DNA of 64,000 nucleotides from Nanohaloarchaea archaeon B1-Br10_U2g1 (GTDB lineage: Archaea > Nanohalarchaeota > Nanosalinia > Nanosalinales > Nanosalinaceae), in the NCBI GenBank assembly GCA_001563875.1, contig LKMN01000001.1, forward strand, positions 1-64,000. Reading direction: 5' to 3'. The first letter of the stretch is position 1. Every line of letters begins with the position of its first letter. A program made the position numbers and the translations under genes. This document shows, one piece after another, positions 1-8,677 of this stretch. The notes beneath the pieces are model-generated. The model was not told where the DNA came from and ran no database searches. It worked only from the letters and a program-made list of their open reading frames with translations.

Positions 1-187
1 CCTATACTGACATCGTCTTTTTCCGAGTCACTGAAGAGGCTGTTGAAAAACTCCTTCAAACGTTTTATCATGTTGACACCAGATAATACTAAAAACGAGG
101 CTTAGGTATAAAAACTATTTGCATAACTACAATGTTTGCCGGTCTCCATCGGTTAAAATAAAACGGTTTGGAGAAAAACATCGAGTT

Positions 188-622
188 ATGAAGACTGAAA
201 AAGGCGTTATAGTAGCAGCATACAAACACAACTCTGATACGCCACGATACATAGTATTGAAAAGAACAAAGAACTGGGAAGGATGGGAACTACCTAAAGG
301 ACATCTAGAAGAAAGCTACGAAGACACCGTTCTACAGGAGCTTCAAGAGGAGGCAGGAGTAAGCAAAAAAGGGGTTAAAGCTGTAGAGGATCTTGAACAT
401 ACGGTAGAATGGAGCTTTGAAAAAGACGGAGAGAAGATTAAAAGAGAGTACAGAGCTTTCTTAGTTGAACTCGGTGAGGACGTATTTGTTGATGTCTCTG
501 AAAACCCTCATGACGAACATGATACAGGTCTGTTGTTGCGTTATAGAGATGTAAAAGATATGCTTTCTTTCGAGGAACATGTAAAGGTATTAGAGAAGGC
601 TCGCCAGAGGATTAGGGATTAG
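188..622 (+). CDS. NUDIX hydrolase (Ap4A hydrolase-like)
   Basis: Nudix box WELPKGHLEESYEDTVLQELQEEAG; ATG at 188 preferred over the ORF-track start at 119. Confidence 0.85.
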   Translation: MKTEKGVIVAAYKHNSDTPRYIVLKRTKNWEGWELPKGHLEESYEDTVLQELQEEAGVSKKGVKAVEDLEHTVEWSFEKDGEKIKREYRAFLVELGEDVFVDVSENPHDEHDTGLLLRYRDVKDMLSFEEHVKVLEKARQRIRD

Positions 623-667
623 GTTTTAACAGTTCAAAGCCTATTACATCTATAGGTGAAAAACTGA

Positions 668-910
668 ATGACAGAAGAAATTTTGGAACTTTACCAGTTT
701 GAGGCATGTCCTTTCTGCTCCAAGGTAAGACAAAAATTTACCGAGCTAGGTGTTGATTTTATAGCAAGATCTGTTGATCCAAACGATAGGACGCGTGTAG
801 AAAATGTTTCTGGGCAGACAGGTGTTCCTGTGCTTGTGGATCCGAACACGGATAGGGTGATGCCTGAGAGCGATGATATCGTAGAATACTTGGAGGAAAA
901 CTACGGCTAA
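668..910 (+). CDS. Glutaredoxin / GST N-terminal-like thioredoxin-fold protein
   Basis: CPFC motif, cis-Pro VPVL, ESDDIVEYL; GGTGA SD upstream. Confidence 0.85.
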   Translation: MTEEILELYQFEACPFCSKVRQKFTELGVDFIARSVDPNDRTRVENVSGQTGVPVLVDPNTDRVMPESDDIVEYLEENYG

Positions 911-1272
911 ACCGATTTTTCTGCGTAGTATTCCCAGCGTTTCTCTTCTTCTAATACTTTGGATGCTGCATTTCTAAAGTTGTCGAAATCCGGATCTTCG
1001 TTTGCAGAGTATATGAACGCGTTTGTGGTCTCTTCTATATCTGTTTCAGGTCTTTCGTTTGCAGCTAATGCTTCTTGAACTGTATCCATCATCTCGTCGT
1101 ACACTGAGGCTGAGCTCTCCGTTTCTTGGGTATAAAACTCTCTCTTACCTGCATACTTCAGTTCATTAAACAGGTTGTAGGCTTCTCTCCAGTACTGTAT
1201 CTTGGAAGCCATGTAAAGCTGGCCTAGACCCTTGAGTCTGTCTTCCTCCAACATACAAAACACATACGGCAT
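907..1272 (-). CDS. Hypothetical acidic protein
   Basis: 121-aa ORF with the acidic composition of the proteome, convergent with grx. Confidence 0.6.
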   Translation of the reverse strand: MPYVFCMLEEDRLKGLGQLYMASKIQYWREAYNLFNELKYAGKREFYTQETESSASVYDEMMDTVQEALAANERPETDIEETTNAFIYSANEDPDFDNFRNAASKVLEEEKRWEYYAEKSV

Positions 1273-1577
1273 GCTACATGTTTAATAACTTTTGAGTGAG
1301 GATCTCGAAAGATCATTTGTTGTAAAAGGTTATAAACCAGTCTAAAAAAGCCAGATACCGAATAATCTCTGAATCTCTTAAATATACTTTTAGACTTTTT
1401 GTTGTCCTTTAAAATTCCATAAAGTCAAAAAATCTGGTCTCAAAGCTTTAAGATAACTCTGATCCATAAAAAGATTTTAAATAAAGATAGGAGCCTGACT
1501 CCGGCCCCTTAGGAGTTGAAGTTATAAGCTGACAGGTAGAATTAATATCACATGTCGCAGAGGTTCGGTATCTTACC

Positions 1578-2360
1578 TTGACAGTAGGTCTAACATACTT
1601 GGAATTCTTAGCAATCTTCCTTCTAACCCCTATAACTGTTCTGGTGCTTTCCCTTTGGTACAGGAAAGATGTCTGGAAAAGTAAAGAAGCATTTGGAGGC
1701 CTAGCCTTCATAATCCTATTAGCAGTAACGTATACGACGCCTTGGGACAACTATCTTATAGAGATCGGTGTCTGGTGGTACGGAGAGGGCGCAACACTTG
1801 CCCATTTCTGGAAAGCTCCTCTCGGCGAATATCTGTTCTTCATACTACAGCCTATCCTGACAGGCCTACTACTTTTCAACTTTCCTAAGATCTACGACAT
1901 GAATCTAGATATACCGTACAGAGATAGGGTCCTAGGCGTTCTAGGAGGACTTACAGTAACACTGGTTGGTACAGCACTACTTTTCAACCAGTCGACACTG
2001 TACTTAGGTGCAATACTGGCTTGGGCAGGACCGATCCTAGCTATACAGTGGGGGTTCGGAAGCTCATATCTTTGGAAGATCAAAGAGTATCTGGCTCTAA
2101 TGATAGCTGTCCCTACGCTTTATCTCTGGGTCGCAGACCGTATCGCTATCGGCATAGGAACATGGGTGATATCTGAAACCTACACTACAGGACTCAAAAT
2201 CATAGGTCTGCCTGTTGAGGAGGCACTGTTCTTCTTGGTGACTAATATCTTTATAGTTCAAGGCTTAGTGCTCTATATGTGGGTCTTAGATAGAATAACG
2301 TTGAAAGAGTTCGTCTCTAAAGCCAAAGAAATTATCTTAGAAGATCATCTATGGAAATAG
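1578..2360 (+). CDS. crtY: Lycopene beta-cyclase, membrane type with two cyclase domains
   Basis: YTTPWDNYLI..GVWWY, PLGEYLFF and LPVEEALFF motifs; multi-TM; TTG start. Confidence 0.85.
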   Translation: MTVGLTYLEFLAIFLLTPITVLVLSLWYRKDVWKSKEAFGGLAFIILLAVTYTTPWDNYLIEIGVWWYGEGATLAHFWKAPLGEYLFFILQPILTGLLLFNFPKIYDMNLDIPYRDRVLGVLGGLTVTLVGTALLFNQSTLYLGAILAWAGPILAIQWGFGSSYLWKIKEYLALMIAVPTLYLWVADRIAIGIGTWVISETYTTGLKIIGLPVEEALFFLVTNIFIVQGLVLYMWVLDRITLKEFVSKAKEIILEDHLWK

Positions 2361-3346
2361 ATTTTAAAGATAAGAGCATAGAATATTTTCTTCTTCCTGG
2401 CTGGACAGCCCTGGTTCTAGCATTTCTATCATCTATACTGTTTAGTATTCCTTTAGAAGTTCAGCTTGTACCTCTAACTTTGAGTGTAATACTTCTAGGG
2501 CTGCCTCACGGCGCTGTTGATCACTTGATTCTTCCAAAGGCCTTAAGAGAAAGTTTCAGTTCTAGATGGGCTGCTTATATAGCACTTCTATACTTCCTGT
2601 TAGGGTTTCTGTACCTCTCGGCCTGGTTTTTAACTCCTTTGCTATCTTTCGTGTTCTTTATCCTTATCACGATGTATCACTGGGGTAGAGGAGAGTTATA
2701 CCATTTAGAAGAAGTCTTCAATGTTGAGCTATCTAAAGGCTCAAAGTGGTTAGCAGTTCTTCTTAGAGGTAGTGCTCCTATGTTGCTGCCGCTAGTAGCT
2801 TTCCCTGATTACTATGAGCTTTTTACCGAAGCGGTTACATCGCTCTTTGGGGTCGAAGGACTATCTTACCTAGGTATTTTCTTCAGTCAAGAAATCAGGC
2901 TGGCCATACTAGCGGCTTATATCGTAGGAATGGCCGTCTACTTCGCGGATATACTTAGAGCGAACGCTGCTGGAAGACTCTGGGATGGAGCAGAACTAGT
3001 TCTACTAACCGTTTTCTTTCTTTTCACACCTCCTATATTTGCAGTTGGCATATACTTCTGTTTCTGGCATTCTCTAAGACACATCATGAGGTATATCCAT
3101 CTGGATAACTCTGTAGACTGCTGCACCGATATCTATGGATTACTGAGCTCTTTCAGATCATTTACTAGAGACTCTTTCCCTTTAACAGCTGTATCGATTA
3201 TCTTCCTAGGCATTTTCTACTTCGCTGTACCGTTTACCCCGCAAAGCCTTTTAGAGCTTGTAGGTCTATACATGGTCCTAGTATCTGTATTTACGCTTCC
3301 GCATATGGTCGTGGTTCAGAAACTCGATTTTATACAAACAATTTGA
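2351..3346 (+). CDS. blh: Brp/Blh family beta-carotene 15,15'-dioxygenase
   Basis: GLPHGAVDH, YHWG, YFCFWHSLRH and TLPH His motifs; multi-TM; overlaps crtY. Confidence 0.9.
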   Translation: MEIDFKDKSIEYFLLPGWTALVLAFLSSILFSIPLEVQLVPLTLSVILLGLPHGAVDHLILPKALRESFSSRWAAYIALLYFLLGFLYLSAWFLTPLLSFVFFILITMYHWGRGELYHLEEVFNVELSKGSKWLAVLLRGSAPMLLPLVAFPDYYELFTEAVTSLFGVEGLSYLGIFFSQEIRLAILAAYIVGMAVYFADILRANAAGRLWDGAELVLLTVFFLFTPPIFAVGIYFCFWHSLRHIMRYIHLDNSVDCCTDIYGLLSSFRSFTRDSFPLTAVSIIFLGIFYFAVPFTPQSLLELVGLYMVLVSVFTLPHMVVVQKLDFIQTI

Positions 3347-3392
3347 CAGGTGTAAAAAACTCTCCTTCAGTTAGCATCAGCAAAGGATTGTT

Positions 3393-3465
3393 TGGACCGG
3401 CCCAGATTTGAACTGGGGATCTCCACCTTATCAGGGTGGCGCTTTAACCGCTAAGCCACCGGTCC
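3393..3465 (-). tRNA. tRNA-Ile(GAT)
   Basis: Reverse complement GGACCGG..TGGCTTAGCGGTTAAAGC..CTGATAA..GTTCAAATC..CCGGTCCA folds as a cloverleaf; CCA not encoded. Confidence 0.95.
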
Positions 3466-3495
3466 TACAAATCTGTTAACCTAAATTGAAAGGGA

Positions 3496-3569
3496 TGGGC
3501 CCAACGGGATTTGAACCCGCGACGCCCGGCTTAAAAGGCCGGTGCTCTGCCAGACTGAGCTATGGGCCC
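3496..3569 (-). tRNA. tRNA-Lys(TTT)
   Basis: Reverse complement GGGCCCATAGCTCAGTCTGGCAGAGC..CTTTTAA..GGTTCAAATCCC..TGGGCCCA. Confidence 0.95.
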
Positions 3570-3580
3570 TCTGATAGGGT

Positions 3581-3802
3581 CTAAACTGTTTCTTGTTCGA
3601 ACTCTCCGAACTGGATATTGTCCAGAGAGGTGTAAGGCACAAATATTTTCTCGGCCTTTATTCTTTGTGCCTCTTCGTCTTCGTTCATGATATACGGGTC
3701 TTCTGCGTTGACTCCGTATTCTTCCATGAACAGGTTTTCCTCGTCTTCAAGTAAGAAGTCGCCTGAAGCTGTGAGGAGTATGACCGAGTATTTCTTCTTC
3801 AT
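3581..3802 (-). CDS. Small acidic hypothetical protein
   Basis: 73-aa ORF directly downstream of rpl37e in the same operon. Confidence 0.65.
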   Translation of the reverse strand: MKKKYSVILLTASGDFLLEDEENLFMEEYGVNAEDPYIMNEDEEAQRIKAEKIFVPYTSLDNIQFGEFEQETV

Positions 3803-3805
3803 CTT

Positions 3806-3964
3806 TTACTTACGTGTTTTGGCTTTGTTGAAGTCTTTTCTTTTACTTGTCTTCCCGAATCCACAGGCTGCACATACTTTTTTCCTTAGGTGGTATGCTT
3901 TTTCTCCGCAGCGTCTGCATTTTCCGTGGGTTTTCTTGTTGTTAATTCCTTTGTTCTTTCCCAT
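3806..3964 (-). CDS. rpl37e: 50S ribosomal protein L37e (not in ORF track, 52 aa)
   Basis: Manual translation [52 protein letters not shown]; CxxC-x11-CxxC; canonical position after Lsm. Confidence 0.95.
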   Translation of the reverse strand: MGKNKGINNKKTHGKCRRCGEKAYHLRKKVCAACGFGKTSKRKDFNKAKTRK

Positions 3965-3975
3965 TTTTGTTCACC

Positions 3976-4209
3976 TTATTCTGGGCTTACGAGGATTACG
4001 TTGTCTCCTCTGATCAGTAGCTTACCGTAGTCTGTTTGACCTTCTCCGTCCTGTACTGATGCGTCTTCAAGCCACATGTTTAGATGTAGGTCGAATGCTT
4101 TTAGGTTTCCTGAAACGGTCTGCCCGCCTTTTAGTTTTGCTATTACTCTATCTCCTTTTGCAGTGTCTAAGACATCTAAAGGTCTTCTACCACTGTCATC
4201 GTTTGACAT
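3976..4209 (-). CDS. Sm-like (Lsm/SmAP) RNA-binding protein
   Basis: RPLDVL, LKAFDLHLNMWLEDA (Sm1), LIRGDNVILVSP (Sm2). Confidence 0.95.
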   Translation of the reverse strand: MSNDDSGRRPLDVLDTAKGDRVIAKLKGGQTVSGNLKAFDLHLNMWLEDASVQDGEGQTDYGKLLIRGDNVILVSPE

Positions 4210-4344
4210 AACTTAAAACACCTGTATGAAACCAAATCCTTAAACAACTTATATAAACCTACCGAGGTCGTGGCCTTATAAACTGTTCAGAACAGGTGCA
4301 TAGCACAGCTATTTTTTATAAAGTTTTGTCGATAGTTTCCGGGT

Positions 4345-4722
4345 ATGGCAGTATGGCACAAAAGATCGGTACGTAAGAAAACCGGTGGAAGAACAAGAAG
4401 ATACAGGAAACATAAGAAGTATGAGAAAGGATCGGAGTTCTCAGAACCAGTTAAAGGAGAGGACTCGGTAGTTGTAAGAAGTACTAGAGGATCTACCAGT
4501 AAGAACACTGTTAGAAGAAGCGAAACCGTTAACCTGGCAAAAGACGGAGAAGTAGAAGAAGTAGAGATAGAGGCTGTGGAAGAGAATCCTGCCAACCCTA
4601 ACTACGTAAGAAGATCTATCCTTACAAAAGGGACTGTAGTTAAGACTTCAGAAGGTAAGGCAAGAATAACTTCCAGACCTGGACAGGACGGTGTCGTAAA
4701 CGCTGTACCTGTAGAGGAATAG
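4345..4722 (+). CDS. rps8e: 30S ribosomal protein S8e
   Basis: RKKTGGR, ENPANPNYVRR, ITSRPGQDGVVNA. Confidence 0.97.
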   Translation: MAVWHKRSVRKKTGGRTRRYRKHKKYEKGSEFSEPVKGEDSVVVRSTRGSTSKNTVRRSETVNLAKDGEVEEVEIEAVEENPANPNYVRRSILTKGTVVKTSEGKARITSRPGQDGVVNAVPVEE

Positions 4723-4811
4723 TCTTCTCACTATCATTTCTTCCTATAATATCTTTCTTAAACAGAAATAAAGTTTAGAAAAAGGTTATTTGGTTACTTA
4801 ATACGGCTCGT

Positions 4812-4925
4812 CTACTTTTTCAAGCCTGTTAGTTTCTCTAGCCATCTGGAGACAAAACTTCCCCCCTCTTCGAACTCCACCGGGATTTGGTTGCCGGTAT
4901 CATCCGAGAACTCGGCTCTCATCAT
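4812..4925 (-). CDS. Putative 37-aa small protein
   Basis: MMRAEFSDDTGNQIPVEFEEGGSFVSRWLEKLTGLKK with GAGGAG SD-like sequence upstream; not in ORF track. Confidence 0.4.
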   Translation of the reverse strand: MMRAEFSDDTGNQIPVEFEEGGSFVSRWLEKLTGLKK

Positions 4926-4982
4926 CACTAACTTGCTCCTCAAACCTTTTAAACCCTTTCGGCGAAAAAGGTTTCTAAACGT

Positions 4983-5165
4983 TTAATTCTGTTTATGGAC
5001 GTTTCTAAGCGGTTTTTTGGATGTGTCTATAGAACGGTTCAGCTGTCTCACTATCATCATAGGGAGGTTCTTTGAGCATTCTTCAATATATAGTGCTTCT
5101 TCAGCTGCTTCACGTTCTCTCTTTGGAAGATATTCAAGGTGCTTGGAGTAGGTCTCGGTTGACAT
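4983..5165 (-). CDS. Small hypothetical protein downstream of cdc6
   Basis: 60-aa ORF; TTTATA box about 25 nt upstream. Confidence 0.45.
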   Translation of the reverse strand: MSTETYSKHLEYLPKREREAAEEALYIEECSKNLPMMIVRQLNRSIDTSKKPLRNVHKQN

Positions 5166-5209
5166 ACTAGGTTCTTGCCAAGACTCGATTTATAAAAAAC
5201 CGGAGATAT

Positions 5210-5227
5210 TTCCGTTAGTTCCGGTAG
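5210..5227. repeat. TTCCGNTAG repeats at the 3' side of cdc6
   Basis: TTCCGTTAG (5210) followed directly by TTCCGGTAG (5219); same motif recurs at 6262 and 6293. Confidence 0.55.
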
Positions 5228-5228
5228 A

Positions 5229-6248
5229 CTAGTTCTGTAGCTTGTATGTTCTCCATCTTCCTTCACCTTCAGAGACTATGAGCCTGTAGTGATCCATCTT
5301 GCTGAGATACTTACGCACGGTTCTCTTCACTTTTGGGTCTTCGACCTTTTCCTTATATTCTTGGTAGAGCTTTCCTGGCTTTACCTCTCCTTCTTCCTCT
5401 ATAATATCGTAGAGTGCTTTCTGATGAGGGTTCAGCTGTTCTATAGACTTGGACTTGTTCTCTTTCTCTGCTTCCGGAAGAGCTTTATCCATTATATCTG
5501 GAGTTATCTCTTCTAAGTCTTCAGTCTCAGCTCTTTCAGCAGCTATTCTTAAAGCATTTATTGCTATCCGTGCATCTCCATCAGCCCGGCTGCTTATACG
5601 GTGGAGCGTGCTGTCGTCGACAGCGTTGTCTCTCAAACCCCATTTAACCCGGTCCTCTAGTATGTCAACTAGTTGTTCCTTGGTGTAGGCCGGGAATCGT
5701 ACGTCCTGAGTTCCCTCAAGCGAAGATCTTATACGGTCATCGAAGTCGTATAGAGCGGTTCCTTTGTTGGCTATCATTATCAGTGCGATACTCGACTCTC
5801 GTGCGAAGTCGTAGAGTATCCTCTCATCTTCTATCTGGTCAACCTCGTCAAGTATCACTATGCTCGGCTGTTCACCTACCTTTGCACGGAACCGGTCCAC
5901 GAGCTCGTCGGTTGGTGTGCCTGTGCGGTGTATAAGGTTTACCCCAAAGTCCTGTAGCAGGTTGTAGTATACCTTGAAGCGGGAAGGATAACGCCAGCAG
6001 TTAACGCTTCCAGATACAACGTTAGAGCTATGCTTCTTCAGTTCATCAACTACATATCCTGCCATAGTAGTTTTACCTGTCCCCGGTGGTCCGTACAGAA
6101 GCATGTTCCGGGAACTCGAGTTCTCAAGTACCGGTTCGAGGTTCCGTTTTATCTCGGTTATCTGTGAGTTTCTGTGCGCCATCCGTTTTGGAAGAAAGTC
6201 TGCTGTCAGTACCCGAGCATCTTCTATAACAGTGTTGGGACGTCTCAC
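5229..6248 (-). CDS. cdc6: Orc1/Cdc6 family replication initiator
   Basis: Walker A GPPGTGKT, Walker B VILDEVD, GDARIAI sensor, C-terminal winged helix. Confidence 0.93.
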   Translation of the reverse strand: MRRPNTVIEDARVLTADFLPKRMAHRNSQITEIKRNLEPVLENSSSRNMLLYGPPGTGKTTMAGYVVDELKKHSSNVVSGSVNCWRYPSRFKVYYNLLQDFGVNLIHRTGTPTDELVDRFRAKVGEQPSIVILDEVDQIEDERILYDFARESSIALIMIANKGTALYDFDDRIRSSLEGTQDVRFPAYTKEQLVDILEDRVKWGLRDNAVDDSTLHRISSRADGDARIAINALRIAAERAETEDLEEITPDIMDKALPEAEKENKSKSIEQLNPHQKALYDIIEEEGEVKPGKLYQEYKEKVEDPKVKRTVRKYLSKMDHYRLIVSEGEGRWRTYKLQN

Positions 6249-6261
6249 GGAAAGAAAGTAA

Positions 6262-6306
6262 TTCCGCTAGTTTAAAAGTGGAGACCTTACCGTTCCGGTA
6301 GTTCCG
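6262..6306. promoter_or_regulatory. cdc6 promoter with TTCCGNTAGTT repeats around the TATA box
   Basis: TTCCGCTAGTT (6262), TTTAAAA, TTCCGGTAGTTCCG (6293). Confidence 0.5.
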
Positions 6307-6331
6307 AAAGATGGAGGAAGAAACAGTTTCG

Positions 6332-7024
6332 TCAATACGTTTCCGGGAAGGCTTTCAAGAAGTTATTATAGATACTTTCTACCTCCTCAACTGTCAGATC
6401 TTCGTCTAAATTTCTCTTTTTTATTCTTAGATCTATATCTAGGCGTGGGGAATAAGTTGATACTTTTCTTGGGGTATAGTTCAGTCTCAAATCTATGTCT
6501 CCTTTGAAAAGGGAGTAGTTTGAGACCGATTTTGTTGTGGTCAAAGTGTTTTCTTCTTTCCTCATTTCCAGGTCTCTGTCGTTGAATATATTGTTCAAAT
6601 CGCCTAGAAGAGGGTCTATGGTTGTGCTTAAGGAGTCTATAATCCTTCTATCCTCATTATCTGATTCTTCTAAATAAGAAGTTCTGTCTCCGTATATATC
6701 TAGTCTTGTCTCGTTTCTGTTTTGTATCATTCTCGTGGGTGTAGGACCTTCAACTTTGAAGTTGTAGCGTTCGTAGGTTCCTTCTGGTTCGACTAGAATG
6801 TTTTTACCTCTACAACCGTAGACTGAGACTATATTAGGGATATCTCCTTCAACCCCTTGTTTGATCACGTTCCAGCATTCATTTATCTCTGTTCCTGTTT
6901 TATTTTGGTGGCTCTCACTGCTATCAAAAACCAGTTTTCTTTGGTCGGGCGTAGATACAGTCACTGACTCTGAAGACTTGAGTATTTCAAGCGCCTCTTC
7001 TTCAAGTAACTTATCTATAGACAA
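6332..7024 (-). CDS. Hypothetical protein
   Basis: 230-aa ORF, no motif recognised. Confidence 0.65.
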   Translation of the reverse strand: MSIDKLLEEEALEILKSSESVTVSTPDQRKLVFDSSESHQNKTGTEINECWNVIKQGVEGDIPNIVSVYGCRGKNILVEPEGTYERYNFKVEGPTPTRMIQNRNETRLDIYGDRTSYLEESDNEDRRIIDSLSTTIDPLLGDLNNIFNDRDLEMRKEENTLTTTKSVSNYSLFKGDIDLRLNYTPRKVSTYSPRLDIDLRIKKRNLDEDLTVEEVESIYNNFLKAFPETY

Positions 7025-7085
7025 TGTTCGGCCACCGATATGTTGTTACTATTAAAGAGTTATAAACGCCAGGTTCTGTGCGGAC

Positions 7086-8171
7086 TTAAATATGGCGAAG
7101 GTTAAGCTCTAAAATATCTTCGTCTGCCAGCTCGTGCTCCAAACCTACCTTCTGGTTAGGGAACTTTGAGCTAGGTCCGGTCACTGCTGCTTTTTTGAAA
7201 CGTTCTCTCATATCTCCGGGAAGGTTATCAAGAGCATCTTCTACAGTTGAACCCTCTCTAAGGATCAAGGGTTCGTCCTTATCAGGCTCTTCTCCTTTTT
7301 CCTTCATATAAACTCTTATTAGGCCTAGTCCTTCAAACATGAGGTCCTTAAGTTCGTCAAGATTGGTCCCGTTCTCCGCAGAAATCAGGAGATCATACTT
7401 CTCTTTGTACTCTTCTTTCTTGTCTGGCTCTATAAGATCTTCTTTGTTAACAACATCTACGGCAGTTATATATCTCCGGTTGTCCATTAAGCCGTCTATA
7501 AAGCTGTCAAGGTCCACTTTCTCCCTTATAGTGACGTTCGCATTTACGTATCCGTTCTGATGCATGAGATCCTTTAATGTATCTTCTTCTATATCGAGAT
7601 CTACGGTTGAAGAGATTTTTACGCCTCCTCGCCCGGTTTTCTCAACCTTTATGTCTGGAGGACTGGAGTTCATTCTTATACCGACTTCATATACTTCTTT
7701 CTTGATTTCTGCTTCTCTCATCTCTTCAGGATCAAGCAGGATAAGTATGAGATCAACGTTTCTTACAACACTTAAAACCTGTTTTCCGCCCCCTCTACCA
7801 TCTGCAGCCCCTCCTATAAGTCCAGGGACGTCTAGTATCTGTATATTAGCGCCTTTATGTTTAAGCATTCCGGGATTAACGTTGAGAGTAGTAAATTCGT
7901 AATGGCCTACGTCGCTTTCAGCATTGGTTAACTTGTTTAGAAGTGAAGACTTTCCTACGCTCGGAAAACCTACAAGTGCTACTGTGGCATCACCTTTCTT
8001 CTCTACGGCGTAACCTGATGTGTCGCCTGTCCCTTTCTGCTTCTTCTGTTTTTCTTCTTTTAACTGAGCTATCTGGGACTTCAACCGGCCACGCTCCTTC
8101 TCTGTAGCCTTGTTTTTAGGTGTCTTCTGAAGTTTCTCTTCCAAACTCTTTATACGGTCTTCTATACCCAT
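7086..8171 (-). CDS. DRG/OBG-family GTPase with TGS domain
   Basis: GFPSVGKS, YEFTTL, DVPGLI, NKED, C-terminal KVGLEHELADEDI. Confidence 0.93.
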   Translation of the reverse strand: MGIEDRIKSLEEKLQKTPKNKATEKERGRLKSQIAQLKEEKQKKQKGTGDTSGYAVEKKGDATVALVGFPSVGKSSLLNKLTNAESDVGHYEFTTLNVNPGMLKHKGANIQILDVPGLIGGAADGRGGGKQVLSVVRNVDLILILLDPEEMREAEIKKEVYEVGIRMNSSPPDIKVEKTGRGGVKISSTVDLDIEEDTLKDLMHQNGYVNANVTIREKVDLDSFIDGLMDNRRYITAVDVVNKEDLIEPDKKEEYKEKYDLLISAENGTNLDELKDLMFEGLGLIRVYMKEKGEEPDKDEPLILREGSTVEDALDNLPGDMRERFKKAAVTGPSSKFPNQKVGLEHELADEDILELNLRHI

Positions 8172-8281
8172 TGAACTGTTTGTATTGAACTGTTTTCTTA
8201 GTCTTTAAACTGGTTTCTTTGAGTAAAAATAGAGTTAAGAAAAATTAGGTGAGAGATTGGTTAAAAACTTTGTTAAGGGAG

Positions 8282-8596
8282 TTACTCCTCTTCTACCATC
8301 TCTATGTTGCCGTCTCTTCCGATGTTGAGCTGTATGTCGTCAGCCCATTCTCTTACGTATGCTCCGGTGATCTGTACCTTTGCTCCCTCTTCGATTGCAT
8401 CGATCTCCTCTTCCCATAGAGTTAGGTCGATTGTTCCTGTATCATCTTCAAAAGTTACGGTTGTAATTCTTTTCTGTCCGTAACGTGTTGATACAGCTCT
8501 AGGGGTTGGAAGTTCTGCTATTGTTCCTTCGATTTCAACGTCGTCGGCTTCAGGTGATAGTTCCTCAACAGTCATTTCAGTCATATCTTGTCCCAC
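8282..8596 (-). CDS. Single OB-fold ssDNA-binding protein (SSB/RPA-like)
   Basis: EDDTGTIDLTLW, ITGAYVREW, QLNIGRDG. Confidence 0.85.
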   Translation of the reverse strand: MGQDMTEMTVEELSPEADDVEIEGTIAELPTPRAVSTRYGQKRITTVTFEDDTGTIDLTLWEEEIDAIEEGAKVQITGAYVREWADDIQLNIGRDGNIEMVEEE

Positions 8597-8677
8597 TAAG
8601 CCGAAAGTACTTGTGTGAGCTTTAAAAGCTTACCGTTATACAAGGGTTTAAACCCGTTAGAACAACTAAATACTTGT

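Noticed and set aside
1273-1577. Gap upstream of crtY as a possible opsin remnant
   Set aside because: No hydrophobic open frame or retinal-binding Lys motif found; stops in the frames examined
3346-3570. tRNA pair as an integration site
   Set aside because: No integrase and no duplicated tRNA 3' end seen in the window
3687-4013. 108-aa plus-strand ORF and many similar Ser-rich antisense ORFs
   Set aside because: Shadows of real genes on the opposite strand (here rpl37e); acidic GAA/GAG codons read as Ser/Phe/Leu in antisense
4723-4982. SRP RNA or other structured RNA after rps8e
   Set aside because: Region is short, mostly AT-rich and lacks extended pairing
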